The notes beneath the pieces were generated by a model that had not been told where the DNA came from, made no database searches, and saw nothing but the letters and a program-made list of their open reading frames with translations. A stretch of DNA of 64,000 bases from Candidatus Parcubacteria bacterium. Its GTDB lineage: Bacteria; Patescibacteriota; Saccharimonadia; UBA4664; JBIOIQ01. Position numbers and translations under genes: made by a program. The stretch lies in assembly GCA_963718875.1 (NCBI GenBank), contig OY970378.1:477373-541372 (forward strand). Reading direction: 5' to 3'. This document shows, in pieces, positions 10,003 to 18,543 of the stretch (position 1 is the stretch's first letter; each line of letters starts with the position of its first letter).

Positions 10003-10031
10003 TTGACAGGCTTAATGGGTTTCGCTAATAT
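10003..10031 (+). promoter_or_regulatory. consensus sigma70 promoter TTGACA-N17-TAATAT
   Basis: TTGACA at 10003-10008 and TAATAT at 10026-10031. Confidence 0.6.
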
Positions 10032-10038
10032 AGCATTC

Positions 10039-10140
10039 ATGAAGTCTCAAAAAATGTGTGTACAACTAACCACGACTCGCCGACAAGCTTTGGCTCTTGG
10101 CGTTTTAATTGTGGCCGCACGCAGTGAGAGGCTTTTGTAA
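10039..10140 (+). CDS. putative leaderless 33-aa hydrophobic peptide (MKSQKMCVQLTTTRRQALALGVLIVAARSERLL); the unit could instead be an sRNA
   Basis: The ATG lies ~8 nt downstream of the -10 hexamer with no Shine-Dalgarno. A terminator hairpin follows at 10168-10195. Confidence 0.3.
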   Translation: MKSQKMCVQLTTTRRQALALGVLIVAARSERLL

Positions 10141-10167
10141 CTTTTCCTAAAGAGTAGAATTTTTGCA

Positions 10168-10195
10168 AGAGCCTCCAACCGGAGGCTCTTTTTAG
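10168..10195 (+). terminator. rho-independent terminator (agagcctcc-aacc-ggaggctct + TTTTT)
   Basis: Perfect 9-bp stem followed by a T-run. Confidence 0.7.
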
Positions 10196-10322
10196 TTTTA
10201 CAACTTACGTACTTGGCACATTTCTGCGGCAGCACTTGTGTTTCTCGCTCAACGTACTTTCGTGTACGTCTCGTTGCGATACTCGGTGCTTTCTTGAACT
10301 GTACTCAAGTGCATAAGTTGTA
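10196..10322. repeat. palindromic repeat family, copy B
   Basis: Its ends aacttacgtacttggcacatttc...actcaagtgcataagtt form an imperfect long palindrome, closely matching the copy at 55491-55628. Confidence 0.6.
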
Positions 10323-10335
10323 AGAATAGCGTTAT

Positions 10336-10411
10336 GGGGACTAGGTGTCTGGGCTATGACACGTCTTGCATTATCGGTGCAAGGAAGGAGGTTCAAATCC
10401 TCAAGTCTCCA
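10336..10411 (+). tRNA. tRNA-like element (non-canonical; possible pseudo-tRNA or integration-site remnant)
   Basis: 7-bp acceptor pairing (GGGGACU/AGUCUCC). T-arm GGAGG-TTCAAAT-CCTC. D-arm GUGU/ACAC. Anticodon arm with a 7-nt loop UUAUCGG. Three extra nucleotides between the D and anticodon arms, and no encoded CCA. Confidence 0.35.
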
Positions 10412-10419
10412 CTGCAGTA

Positions 10420-10890
10420 CCTACCAAAACCAAAAAAGGGGAAAGTAGTGAGAAATTCTGTTCGAAGCCTCCCTGGATGGACCACCTGTTCTCTTCACTT
10501 TGGGGCGAGTTCTATCGCAGAAGCTCGGGTGAAAGCTCTAGGGTTGGTGGGCATGGCCGATGACGCCTCAGTTAAGGCGGCATTAAGGGGCTGGACCATC
10601 AGGCAGGTGATAGTTCGGGATGAGCGTTTCATCGCTTTGGTCGCAGAGCTAGAAGTTCTTGGAGTACATCTCAAAGAAAAGGGCGTTCCGCGCTCGTGGA
10701 GGGTCTCGAAAGAAGAAGCTTCAACTCTCGCTGCTCAGTAGTACAGGGAGTCGTCCATCTGATGGGAGGAAGCCCAAACAGGGTGGACAAGGGTGCTGCA
10801 AAAAGTTTTAAAGTTGGCGATCCTAACTTTGAGACTTGGCCTCCGAAAGACGTGATAACAGCGTGTCTTTTGGGGGCCTTACCCATGTTA
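10420..10890 (+). other. GC-rich (~55-58%) foreign-looking segment with protein-like but fragmented frames (e.g. MADDASVKAALRGWTIRQVIVRDERFIALVAELEVLGVHLKEKGVPRSW)
   Basis: GC content is elevated. Overlapping ORFs on both strands with no clean gene; it sits beside the tRNA-like element. Confidence 0.35.
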
Positions 10891-10900
10891 TAATTTACGT

Positions 10901-11162
10901 CATGATAGCCTACATTTTGTACAATAAAGATACCCCAATGGAGCGCGATGTACGGTATTTTGCCAAGCGTCTCGAATCGTTACAGGTGCAAAGCAAACTA
11001 GTTGAAGCCGATTCAGTTGAAGGAATTAGTTTTACGGAAAATTATGACTTACTTGCTCGACCGTCGCTTGTTTTAGCTACAGACAATGGCGTACTTATTG
11101 AGCGTTGGCAGGGTGAGCTACCTTTGGTGGAAAATGTAAGTTATTTGGCTCACCAATCGTGA
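10901..11162 (+). CDS. hypothetical small protein (~87 aa)
   Basis: ORF with native AT-rich composition; no recognisable motif. Confidence 0.4.
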
Positions 11163-11227
11163 CGCAAAAATGCTCTTGTCGCTCAATGGGCTGTCCCGGC
11201 AAGTACTTTCAAGAAAGTTGGTCGTAG

Positions 11228-11500
11228 GTGAGCCAGTTTGTAAGCATTCTGTTAGTGTTTTTTAACTTATTTGTTATTGCCTTTAATGCTATTTTGATTA
11301 TACGGATTGTTGTAAGCTGGATTATGCCCGACATGCAGGCAAATTGGTTTGGTCGCTTATTGATTGATACAACTGAACCAATATTGGCACCGGTGAGGAA
11401 AATTTTACCGGGGGGTGGAATGATTGATTTGGCGCCGATGGTGACAATAATTGGTCTTTACGCCTTGCGAACATTGATATTTAGTTTGCTATTTCGCTAG
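11228..11500 (+). CDS. yggT: YggT family membrane protein
   Basis: SWIMP...TEPILAPVRKILP...IDLAPMV pattern typical of YggT. Confidence 0.75.
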   Translation: MSQFVSILLVFFNLFVIAFNAILIIRIVVSWIMPDMQANWFGRLLIDTTEPILAPVRKILPGGGMIDLAPMVTIIGLYALRTLIFSLLFR

Positions 11501-11534
11501 CAATGCGTCATTATGTGGGTACAAAGTAAAAGCG

Positions 11535-11715
11535 TGTCGACTAAATGACAAGTGGTTATCAGCCACTAGCTAGCGAGAAGAACAGCAAGCTAATTGCCTA
11601 CTAGACCTTGCCGGTGTGCCCCGTAAGAGCACAAATGAAGTGTCCATCTGGATAAGCAGGGTGGTACCTCCCGTTAGAAGTAATGGGACCCTGCAAACGG
11701 ATGGTTTTTTTATTG
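11535..11715 (+). promoter_or_regulatory. T-box leader upstream of ileS
   Basis: T-box-like AGGGTGGTACC. A terminator/antiterminator helix (ACCTCCCGTT...AACGGATGGT) plus a U7 run lies just before the ileS start. Confidence 0.55.
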
Positions 11716-11728
11716 TAGGAGATGAAGA

Positions 11729-14700
11729 ATGAAAAAAGTCGAACAAGCTAACTTTCCCGAATTTGAGCAAGAGATGCTTAAAATATGGGATAAGGAAAAG
11801 ACTTTTGAACAAAGCCTAGAGCTACGAAAAGGATCCAAGCGGTTTAGTTTTTACGATGGGCCTCCTTTTGCTAATGGCCTGCCACATTATGGACACGTTG
11901 TAGCAATCACCGAAAAGGATTCGATGACACGTTACAAAACTATGCGTGGGTATTTTGTGCCTCGCCGGAATGGTTGGGACACTCATGGGCTACCGGTAGA
12001 GTATGAAGTCGAAAAACAGTTAGGTATTTCAGGGAAAAAACAGATACAGGAAATGGGAGTAGATAAGTTTAATGAAGCCGCCAGGGCCAGTGTCTTTAAA
12101 TACAAAGAGCATTGGGAAGATTTTATGACTCGTATTGGCCGATGGGCCGATAAAAACTCGTATGCTACTTTGGACGATAGCTATATTGAAAGTGTTTGGT
12201 GGGTTTTAGGTCAGCTTCATGAAAAGGGTTTGATATATCGAGGATTCCGCTCTAACCCGTATTGCCCACGATGCGCCACTCCTCTTTCTAATTTTGAGGT
12301 GAACCAGAATTATAAGGACAATGTGTTGGACCCAAGCGTTTTTGTGAAGTTCGCTTTGGTTGAAGATCCGAACACAAGCCTGCTGGCTTGGACGACGACT
12401 CCATGGACGCTTCCGGCCAATGCGGCTTTGGCTGTTGATTCGGCGGCTGAATACGTGACGGTAGAATTGTTGGCGGATGGTGATGGTTGGGAAAAGGGGG
12501 AGAAGCTGATACTCGCGAAGAAGCGGATTGGTGAACTGGATCTGAGGAAGGCTGAGTATAAGGTAGTTAAAACACAGCAGGGCAAAGAGTTAGTCAATAA
12601 AATGTACTCTTCATTGTATGACTTGGCGATGAAAAGGCCTCCCGTTGAGTGGTCAGGTGCATCCGAAGGTCAACCTGGCCGCCCCAGAGCCAACCAAGTT
12701 TATGAGGATGACTCGGTTAGTCTTGAGGATGGGACCGGTATTTTACATATTGCTCCAAGATATGGAGAAGCCGATCTAGATTTGGGCATTAGGGAAGACT
12801 TGCCACTAATAGAAAGCGTTGATGGTAATGGACTTATGGCGGAGTCTTTTAAAGAAATTTCCGGGCTTGAAGACATTGTCGGGATGTTTTTTAAGAAGGC
12901 TGACCCGTTAATTATCGAGGATCTAGCTAAAAAAGGTCGCATCTTTGCCGCCGAATCTTTTGAGCATACTTACCCGTTTTGTTGGCGCTGCGAAACGCCG
13001 TTGATGTATTTTGCTATGCCGAGCTGGTTTGTAAAGGTAACAGAATTAAGAGACAAGCTGGTGGCTAACAACGAAAAAATCAATTGGGTGCCTAAGCATA
13101 TTAAGACTGGTCGTTTTGGTAATTGGCTGGCCGAGGCGCGCGACTGGAATTTTAGCCGCAATCGGTTTTGGGGTGCGCCTATCCCAATTTGGGTTAATGT
13201 GGACGACGAAACTGACTTGATCATAATCAAGTCAGTCCAAGAGCTGGAAGAGCTTTCTGGAGTTAAAGGAATTGATTTGCATCGTCCGAGTATAGATGTG
13301 GTTATACTCGAGCGCGACGGCAAAACATATAAACGAGTGGAAGAGGTGTTTGACTGCTGGTTTGAAAGCGGGTCAATGCCTTATGCCCAAGATCATTATC
13401 CGTTTGATGATAAAGAGAATTTTGATGATAAATTTCCGGCGGAGTTTATAGCCGAAGGCTTGGATCAGACGCGGGGCTGGTTTTACACCCTCCATGTTCT
13501 TGGCACGGCTTTGTTTGACAAGCCGGCGTTTAAGAATGTTATTGTTCACGGAATGGTTCTGGCGGCAGACGGGAAAAAGCTTAGTAAAAGATTAAGAAAT
13601 TACCCTGAACCATCAGAAATTTTTAATGGGACTGGAGCTGATAGTCTAAGGTTTTTCCTTATGAGTAGCCCAGTTGAAAATGGCGAAGATGTTCGTTTTA
13701 GCTACGATGCAGTCAATGAAGTTAAGCGCAACGTCTTTATGACGCTATGGAACGTCTTATCCTTCTTTACGACCTATGCCGAAATTGATAAATGGAAACC
13801 GAATACAAAAATTGTACAGCCTAAATCAAATAATGTCTTAGACGAATGGATGCTTGTAAGGCTAAACCAAACAACAGCCATCATGACGAAAGCGGCGGAT
13901 AGCTACCAGATTTCAAAAGCCGTAGAACCTTTAAAGGACTTGATTGACGATTTATCCAATTGGTACGTAAGACGTAGTAGGCGAAGGTTTGCCAAGAACG
14001 AAAGTAAGGCTGATAAGCTTCAAGCATTTGAAACGTTGCACTACGTATTGTTGCGAACTTCACAACTACTTGCACCTTGGTCGCCGTTTGTAAGCGATAA
14101 GGTGTGGCGAATTATTACCGAGGGAATGGATATTCCCCGCTCTGTGCATTTGAGTGACTGGCCGGAAGTTGGAGAAATTAGTAATGGAATATTACTCAAT
14201 GACATGAAAGAAATGCGTGATTTAGTTACCGAAGGTTTGGCTCAGAGGGCGGCAGCAGGAATTAAGGTGCGCCAGCCTTTAGCAGATGCACGATACGCAG
14301 GCAAAAAGCTGGATGATAGGTTAGTTGAAATTGCGGCCGAAGAGCTCAACGTCAAGCGACTTATAAATGACCCCACAGAAGAGGAAATTTCAAGTCGATT
14401 TGAAAAGATTGTTCCCGGTTCGACTGGTTTCAAACATGAGCCAGGGTTGCCGTCCAAACTGGTTTCCGTAAGTCGATTGGATAATCTTGTTGATCAAGAT
14501 TCTGGTGTCGAACAACTTGAAGAAAGTTTGAGTATAAAAAAAATAATATTGAATACTGAAATGACTCAAGAGTTAAAGCTGGAAGGCTTGGCGCGGGATC
14601 TTATACGCCAAGTGCAAGTTGCGCGCAAAGAGGCCGATCTTCAAGCCAATGACGTCATAAATCTGCTACTTGGAGTTGAAGGCGAGGCTGCAGAGGCGGC

Positions 14701-14830
14701 AAAGGCTTATGCTGAGATGATAGGCCGCGAGACTCTTGCCCAAGACTTTAAGGTCAGTAACATTGATCCGAGTGTTGTTCCGATACGGTTGGCGGGACAC
14801 GATATTACAATTGATTTAAGTAAGGCCTGA
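11729..14830 (+). CDS. ileS: isoleucyl-tRNA synthetase
   Basis: HIGH motif (PHYGHV), KMSKS-like KLSKRL, and CP1 editing-domain length. Confidence 0.95.
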   Translation: MKKVEQANFPEFEQEMLKIWDKEKTFEQSLELRKGSKRFSFYDGPPFANGLPHYGHVVAITEKDSMTRYKTMRGYFVPRRNGWDTHGLPVEYEVEKQLGISGKKQIQEMGVDKFNEAARASVFKYKEHWEDFMTRIGRWADKNSYATLDDSYIESVWWVLGQLHEKGLIYRGFRSNPYCPRCATPLSNFEVNQNYKDNVLDPSVFVKFALVEDPNTSLLAWTTTPWTLPANAALAVDSAAEYVTVELLADGDGWEKGEKLILAKKRIGELDLRKAEYKVVKTQQGKELVNKMYSSLYDLAMKRPPVEWSGASEGQPGRPRANQVYEDDSVSLEDGTGILHIAPRYGEADLDLGIREDLPLIESVDGNGLMAESFKEISGLEDIVGMFFKKADPLIIEDLAKKGRIFAAESFEHTYPFCWRCETPLMYFAMPSWFVKVTELRDKLVANNEKINWVPKHIKTGRFGNWLAEARDWNFSRNRFWGAPIPIWVNVDDETDLIIIKSVQELEELSGVKGIDLHRPSIDVVILERDGKTYKRVEEVFDCWFESGSMPYAQDHYPFDDKENFDDKFPAEFIAEGLDQTRGWFYTLHVLGTALFDKPAFKNVIVHGMVLAADGKKLSKRLRNYPEPSEIFNGTGADSLRFFLMSSPVENGEDVRFSYDAVNEVKRNVFMTLWNVLSFFTTYAEIDKWKPNTKIVQPKSNNVLDEWMLVRLNQTTAIMTKAADSYQISKAVEPLKDLIDDLSNWYVRRSRRRFAKNESKADKLQAFETLHYVLLRTSQLLAPWSPFVSDKVWRIITEGMDIPRSVHLSDWPEVGEISNGILLNDMKEMRDLVTEGLAQRAAAGIKVRQPLADARYAGKKLDDRLVEIAAEELNVKRLINDPTEEEISSRFEKIVPGSTGFKHEPGLPSKLVSVSRLDNLVDQDSGVEQLEESLSIKKIILNTEMTQELKLEGLARDLIRQVQVARKEADLQANDVINLLLGVEGEAAEAAKAYAEMIGRETLAQDFKVSNIDPSVVPIRLAGHDITIDLSKA

Positions 14831-14873
14831 TTCGGGTCGGCTTGATGCATAAAAAGCTGTACAATATACGGTA

Positions 14874-15983
14874 ATGCTTCGTAAACGGTTTTGGAAAAAC
14901 TTTGATTTTATTTTGCTAGTAGTAGCTTTGTTGCTGGCGCTTGTAGGCATATTGGTTTTGTACTCTATTGGTTTTAAGGTAGCGAACTTGGCTTCTCCTG
15001 TGGCTGTGCGTAACCAGATAGTTTTTGCCGTGATTGGTGTTGTGGGGCTGCTTGTTTTCGCGGTGGTTGATTATAGAAGTTGGACTAAGTTCACACCGTT
15101 CCTTTACGTTGCAATGGTAGTACTCCTAGGAGTTGTACTTATAGCAGGAAAGTCTGCACTGGGAGCAACCAGGTGGATCAACTTAGGGTTTTTCCAGTTT
15201 CAGCCTTCAGAATTAGCAAAATTGGTGTTGATTGTGATATTAGCGCGCTTTTTTGCAACACACTATGATCAAATGGACAAGCCTCGCTATATTATCCAAT
15301 CGGCTATTTATATGCTTATTCCAGCAGTCCTAGTTCTTACGCAACCCGATCTTGGTACAGCCATGGTTTTGGGCGTTATTTGGCTGGTAATGATTCTAAC
15401 CACAAAAGCGCCAAAAATGTTGTTTGTGGTGTTAGGAGTTGTGGGCTCAATGTTACTACCTACTGCATATCATTTTTTAGGCGACTATCAAAAAGCCCGC
15501 ATCGCGGTGTTTCTAAATCCTTCGGTTGATCCTCAAGGGCGTGGGTTCAATGTTATCCAATCGACTATTGCAGTAGGGAGTGGGCAGCTTTTTGGCCGGG
15601 GTCTAGCTGCTGGTAGCCAGAGCCAACTCAACTTTTTGCCCAGCCAGCATACTGACTTTATATTTGCGGTCTTGACCGAGAAGATGGGGTTTATCGGTGG
15701 TTCCTTGTTGCTGTTAATGTTTGGCTTGTTACTCGCCAGAGGACTATTAATAGCTTATCGTGCCCAAGATCGTTTTGGGCTATTTCTAGCGGTTGGTATA
15801 GTAACGATGTTTGCGTTTCATGTTTTTATTAATGTAGGGATGAACATGGGGATTATGCCGGTTACAGGGATACCATTGCCGTTTGTCAGCTACGGTGGCA
15901 CCAGCTTACTGATAGGAATGATTGGAGTGGGACTATTGGAGTCTGTTAATGTTCGGCGCAAAAAACTGGAGTTTGGAAACTAA
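14874..15983 (+). CDS. SEDS-family peptidoglycan glycosyltransferase (FtsW/RodA)
   Basis: Ten TM helices. FtsW/RodA signatures PSEL and GSGQL-like motifs. Confidence 0.85.
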   Translation: MLRKRFWKNFDFILLVVALLLALVGILVLYSIGFKVANLASPVAVRNQIVFAVIGVVGLLVFAVVDYRSWTKFTPFLYVAMVVLLGVVLIAGKSALGATRWINLGFFQFQPSELAKLVLIVILARFFATHYDQMDKPRYIIQSAIYMLIPAVLVLTQPDLGTAMVLGVIWLVMILTTKAPKMLFVVLGVVGSMLLPTAYHFLGDYQKARIAVFLNPSVDPQGRGFNVIQSTIAVGSGQLFGRGLAAGSQSQLNFLPSQHTDFIFAVLTEKMGFIGGSLLLLMFGLLLARGLLIAYRAQDRFGLFLAVGIVTMFAFHVFINVGMNMGIMPVTGIPLPFVSYGGTSLLIGMIGVGLLESVNVRRKKLEFGN

Positions 15984-16013
15984 AAATTTATAAAACACTG
16001 GCTTTGTTTTTTT

Positions 16014-16022
16014 TGATATAAT
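16014..16022 (+). promoter_or_regulatory. extended -10 promoter (TGaTATAAT)
   Basis: TGnTATAAT motif directly upstream of the GC-rich block. Confidence 0.4.
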
Positions 16023-16028
16023 CGAGGT

Positions 16029-16534
16029 GGCGAAGAGGAGGAAGGTGGATCTATGCAGACGAATGCTGTGCGTTTACGCCAGTTACGTCCGCGCAAGAAA
16101 GACTTGAATTTCTTCACGGTTGAGGACATGCAACGATGGGCTCGGAACCGCCGCAAACCTCCTTACATACCAGTGCAAACGGCAACAGCTGCTTTTGGCC
16201 TGATTTTGCAGCAGGCTAATATACTGGAAATTGAGGTGAGGTGTGCACTAGGCAGTAACTGTAGAATCAAGGTAGGGTGGACTCTAGGCAAGAAAAGATA
16301 TTGCACGGCGGTCCACTGGGTGAATCGTCGTGATTTTGTCCGCTGTCGGTTCGAAACGTTCCGCTCAGTTAAACGAGGTGGGCCTGTACTCGCCGGAACG
16401 CTTTGCCGCTACCAGGAGTACCTGAGGCATGGAGGGGGGAGGAAGGTCGCTTAAGGGCTACCTTCCTCCCATGGTCTTTACATACGAGGCCAAACCTGGT
16501 ATTATTCCAAGGTTATCAATTTAAGAAAAGTTAT
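16029..16534 (+). ncRNA. candidate structured RNA or long rplU leader (weak RNase P RNA-like resemblance); alternatively a 133-aa Arg-rich foreign ORF
   Basis: ~52-57% GC block between the promoter and rplU. The only ORF (16053..16454) is very basic and low complexity. A strong 11-bp hairpin lies at 16437-16470. GAGGAAGGUGGAUCUAUGCAG loosely resembles the P4 region of rnpB. Confidence 0.3.
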
Positions 16535-16834
16535 ATGCAAGCAATTATCACCACTGGTGGCAAACAATACATCGTAGCCAAGGACCAAACTCTAGAGGTA
16601 GAGTTATTGGGCGAAGTCAAAAAACTTGAATTTGACGTACTTATGACTATGGATGGGGATAAATTTCAAGTTGGCGCACCTTTTGTGGCTGGTGTTAAAG
16701 TAAAGGCCGAAGTGTTAGAGGAAACAAAGGGTGAAAAAATTAAAGTTTTAAAGTTTAAGGCGAAAAAGCGCGTCAAAAAGCTTACTGGCCACCGTCAGCA
16801 CTATTCCAAGATTAAAATCGTCTCCATCGGTTAA
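16535..16834 (+). CDS. rplU: 50S ribosomal protein L21
   Basis: MQAIITTGGKQY...; start taken at the ATG at 16535. Confidence 0.9.
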   Translation: MQAIITTGGKQYIVAKDQTLEVELLGEVKKLEFDVLMTMDGDKFQVGAPFVAGVKVKAEVLEETKGEKIKVLKFKAKKRVKKLTGHRQHYSKIKIVSIG

Positions 16835-16860
16835 AAAGCCGCCCAACCGGGCGGTTTTTT
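16835..16860 (+). terminator. rho-independent terminator (gccgcccaaccgggcgg + T6)
   Basis: GC stem followed by TTTTTT immediately after the rplU stop. Confidence 0.75.
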
Positions 16861-16888
16861 AGTTAAGGCTCAAATATTGGATTGCTAC

Positions 16889-16917
16889 TTGAAATATTTA
16901 TAATCAACACATATAAT
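16889..16917 (+). promoter_or_regulatory. sigma70 promoter TTGAAA-N17-TATAAT
   Basis: Hexamers at 16889-16894 and 16912-16917. Confidence 0.55.
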
Positions 16918-16953
16918 GGTGGTACCGTCAATCAAGCCTTAGGAGGCCGACGA

Positions 16954-17499
16954 ATGCTCAAGAGACCCCTTATCACGCGTCCGATTGAGGATGTTGTCGC
17001 GGACATCCTCGATCTCGATCTCGGACCGATCAGGTTCACGCTCGTTCGTCGAGGCTGGACCGGAGGTCTGGCTGACCGCTTCATCACGGAGTACCGCCGC
17101 CTTCTTGAGCTGATGGTGCGGTTTCCAGATGATGTCATCGTCCCTTCGGAGGACGTGGATACCGTCTGGCACACCCACATCCTCGACACGGCCAGGTACC
17201 GCGATGACTGCATGCGGATCTTCGGCTTCTTCCTCGACCATTTCCCGTATTTGGGCACGCGTGGATCTGACGACGAGGATGAACTTCGTCGGCTGTACAC
17301 CCGATCGCGGGAGCTGTATGAGCAGACGTTCGGCCATCGGACGGTGTCTACGGCATCGGCCTGCTCCGCGTTCGGAGCTGGGAATGGAGATGTACCCGTT
17401 CCAGCTCTGGTTGGAGCAGCCACAGTGGCGTATTGTGGCGGGGGTGGCGGAAAGCCGTCGTCTGCTCCTAGCTACCACCAAGGTGGTAGCTGTGGCTGA
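16954..17499 (+). CDS. GC-rich (~62%) foreign gene: glycine-rich-domain (GRDP/DUF1399-like) protein with a Gly/Cys-rich tail
   Basis: AGGAGG Shine-Dalgarno. Motif DTVWHTHILDTARYRDDCMRIFGFFLDHFPY. GC3-rich codon usage unlike neighbouring genes. A hairpin lies at 17515-17548. Confidence 0.6.
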   Translation: MLKRPLITRPIEDVVADILDLDLGPIRFTLVRRGWTGGLADRFITEYRRLLELMVRFPDDVIVPSEDVDTVWHTHILDTARYRDDCMRIFGFFLDHFPYLGTRGSDDEDELRRLYTRSRELYEQTFGHRTVSTASACSAFGAGNGDVPVPALVGAATVAYCGGGGGKPSSAPSYHQGGSCG

Positions 17500-17628
17500 G
17501 GGTCTTGAAGTAAGGTTGATGGTGGCGGTTACGGCCGCCACCATCAACTTGATACAAATGTTTATGAAGTTAGCTCGTTCGCACCATAACCGGTAATCTG
17601 GTACAATCTACTCTAGAAACGAGGGATT

Positions 17629-18387
17629 TTGAGTAAGATAATTGCCATCACAAATCAAAAAGGTGGAGTGGGTAAGACTACTACGACTATTAATTTGGGT
17701 ACGTATTTGGCTAAGGCCAAAAAGAAGGTCTTGATTGTTGATCTAGACCCACAAGGCAATACCTCTAGTGGATTAGGAATTGATAAACAAAGCTTGAAGC
17801 AAGATTTGTACAGCGTGATGGTTGATGGCTTGGACCCAGGCAAAGTGATTATCCGTACGCCTTTTCACGGTCTTGAGGTTTTGCCATCAGCACCGGTTCT
17901 CGCGGCAGCTGAGCTAGAGCTGGTGTCGGCTCCGGCAAGGGAGTTTCGTCTGAGTAAGGCTATTCGAGAGCTTCCATACGATTACGTTTTGATTGACTGT
18001 CCTCCGTCACTAGGGCTATTAACTATAAATGGTTTGGTTGCGGCACATTCCGTGATGATACCCGTGCAAGCTGAATTTTATGCGCTAGAGGGTTTAGGGC
18101 AGCTTATTACAACAGTCCAAAGGGTTAAGAAAGCCTTAAATCCTAATTTGGACCTTTTGGGTGTGCTTGTAACCATGCATAATGGACGTACTACTTTAAG
18201 CACTCAGGTGCATGATGAGGTGAAACGGCATTTTCCCGATAAGATTTTTTCAACAGTCATTCCACGAAATGTTCGCTTGGCTGAAGCGCCTAGCTACGGC
18301 AAGCCGATTAGCCACTACGATAAATGGAGCAAGGGTGCTAAAGGGTATAAGCAGCTAGCGACAGAAGTGATTAAGCGTACGAAATGA
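17629..18387 (+). CDS. parA: chromosome partitioning ATPase ParA/Soj
   Basis: Deviant Walker A motif KGGVGKTTT. Confidence 0.9.
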   Translation: MSKIIAITNQKGGVGKTTTTINLGTYLAKAKKKVLIVDLDPQGNTSSGLGIDKQSLKQDLYSVMVDGLDPGKVIIRTPFHGLEVLPSAPVLAAAELELVSAPAREFRLSKAIRELPYDYVLIDCPPSLGLLTINGLVAAHSVMIPVQAEFYALEGLGQLITTVQRVKKALNPNLDLLGVLVTMHNGRTTLSTQVHDEVKRHFPDKIFSTVIPRNVRLAEAPSYGKPISHYDKWSKGAKGYKQLATEVIKRTK

Positions 18388-18543
18388 CGAGCTTGCAAGG
18401 TAAGAGCATTAAGTCTTTATGTCCGCGTTCGACCACAGGGAATTTTATTAGTCATTCTCTCTGTAACAAACAAAACTTGCATAGGCTTAATGTTTTTAAC
18501 CGCATAGGTTATACTTGAAGCATGAGCAGTACAGAGGCACGAT

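Noticed and set aside
10336-10411. Calling the tRNA-like element a functional tRNA with a specific anticodon
   Set aside because: Three extra nucleotides between the D and anticodon arms, a G-A closing pair in the T-stem, an anticodon that would read AUC with A34, and absence of CCA make a confident isotype call unsafe.
16932-17596. Minus-strand ORFs 16932..17423 and 16939..17547, and + ORF 17129..17596, overlapping the DUF1399-like gene
   Set aside because: Shadow ORFs in GC-rich DNA; the + frame from ATG 16954 has the recognisable WHTHILDT motif and an SD.
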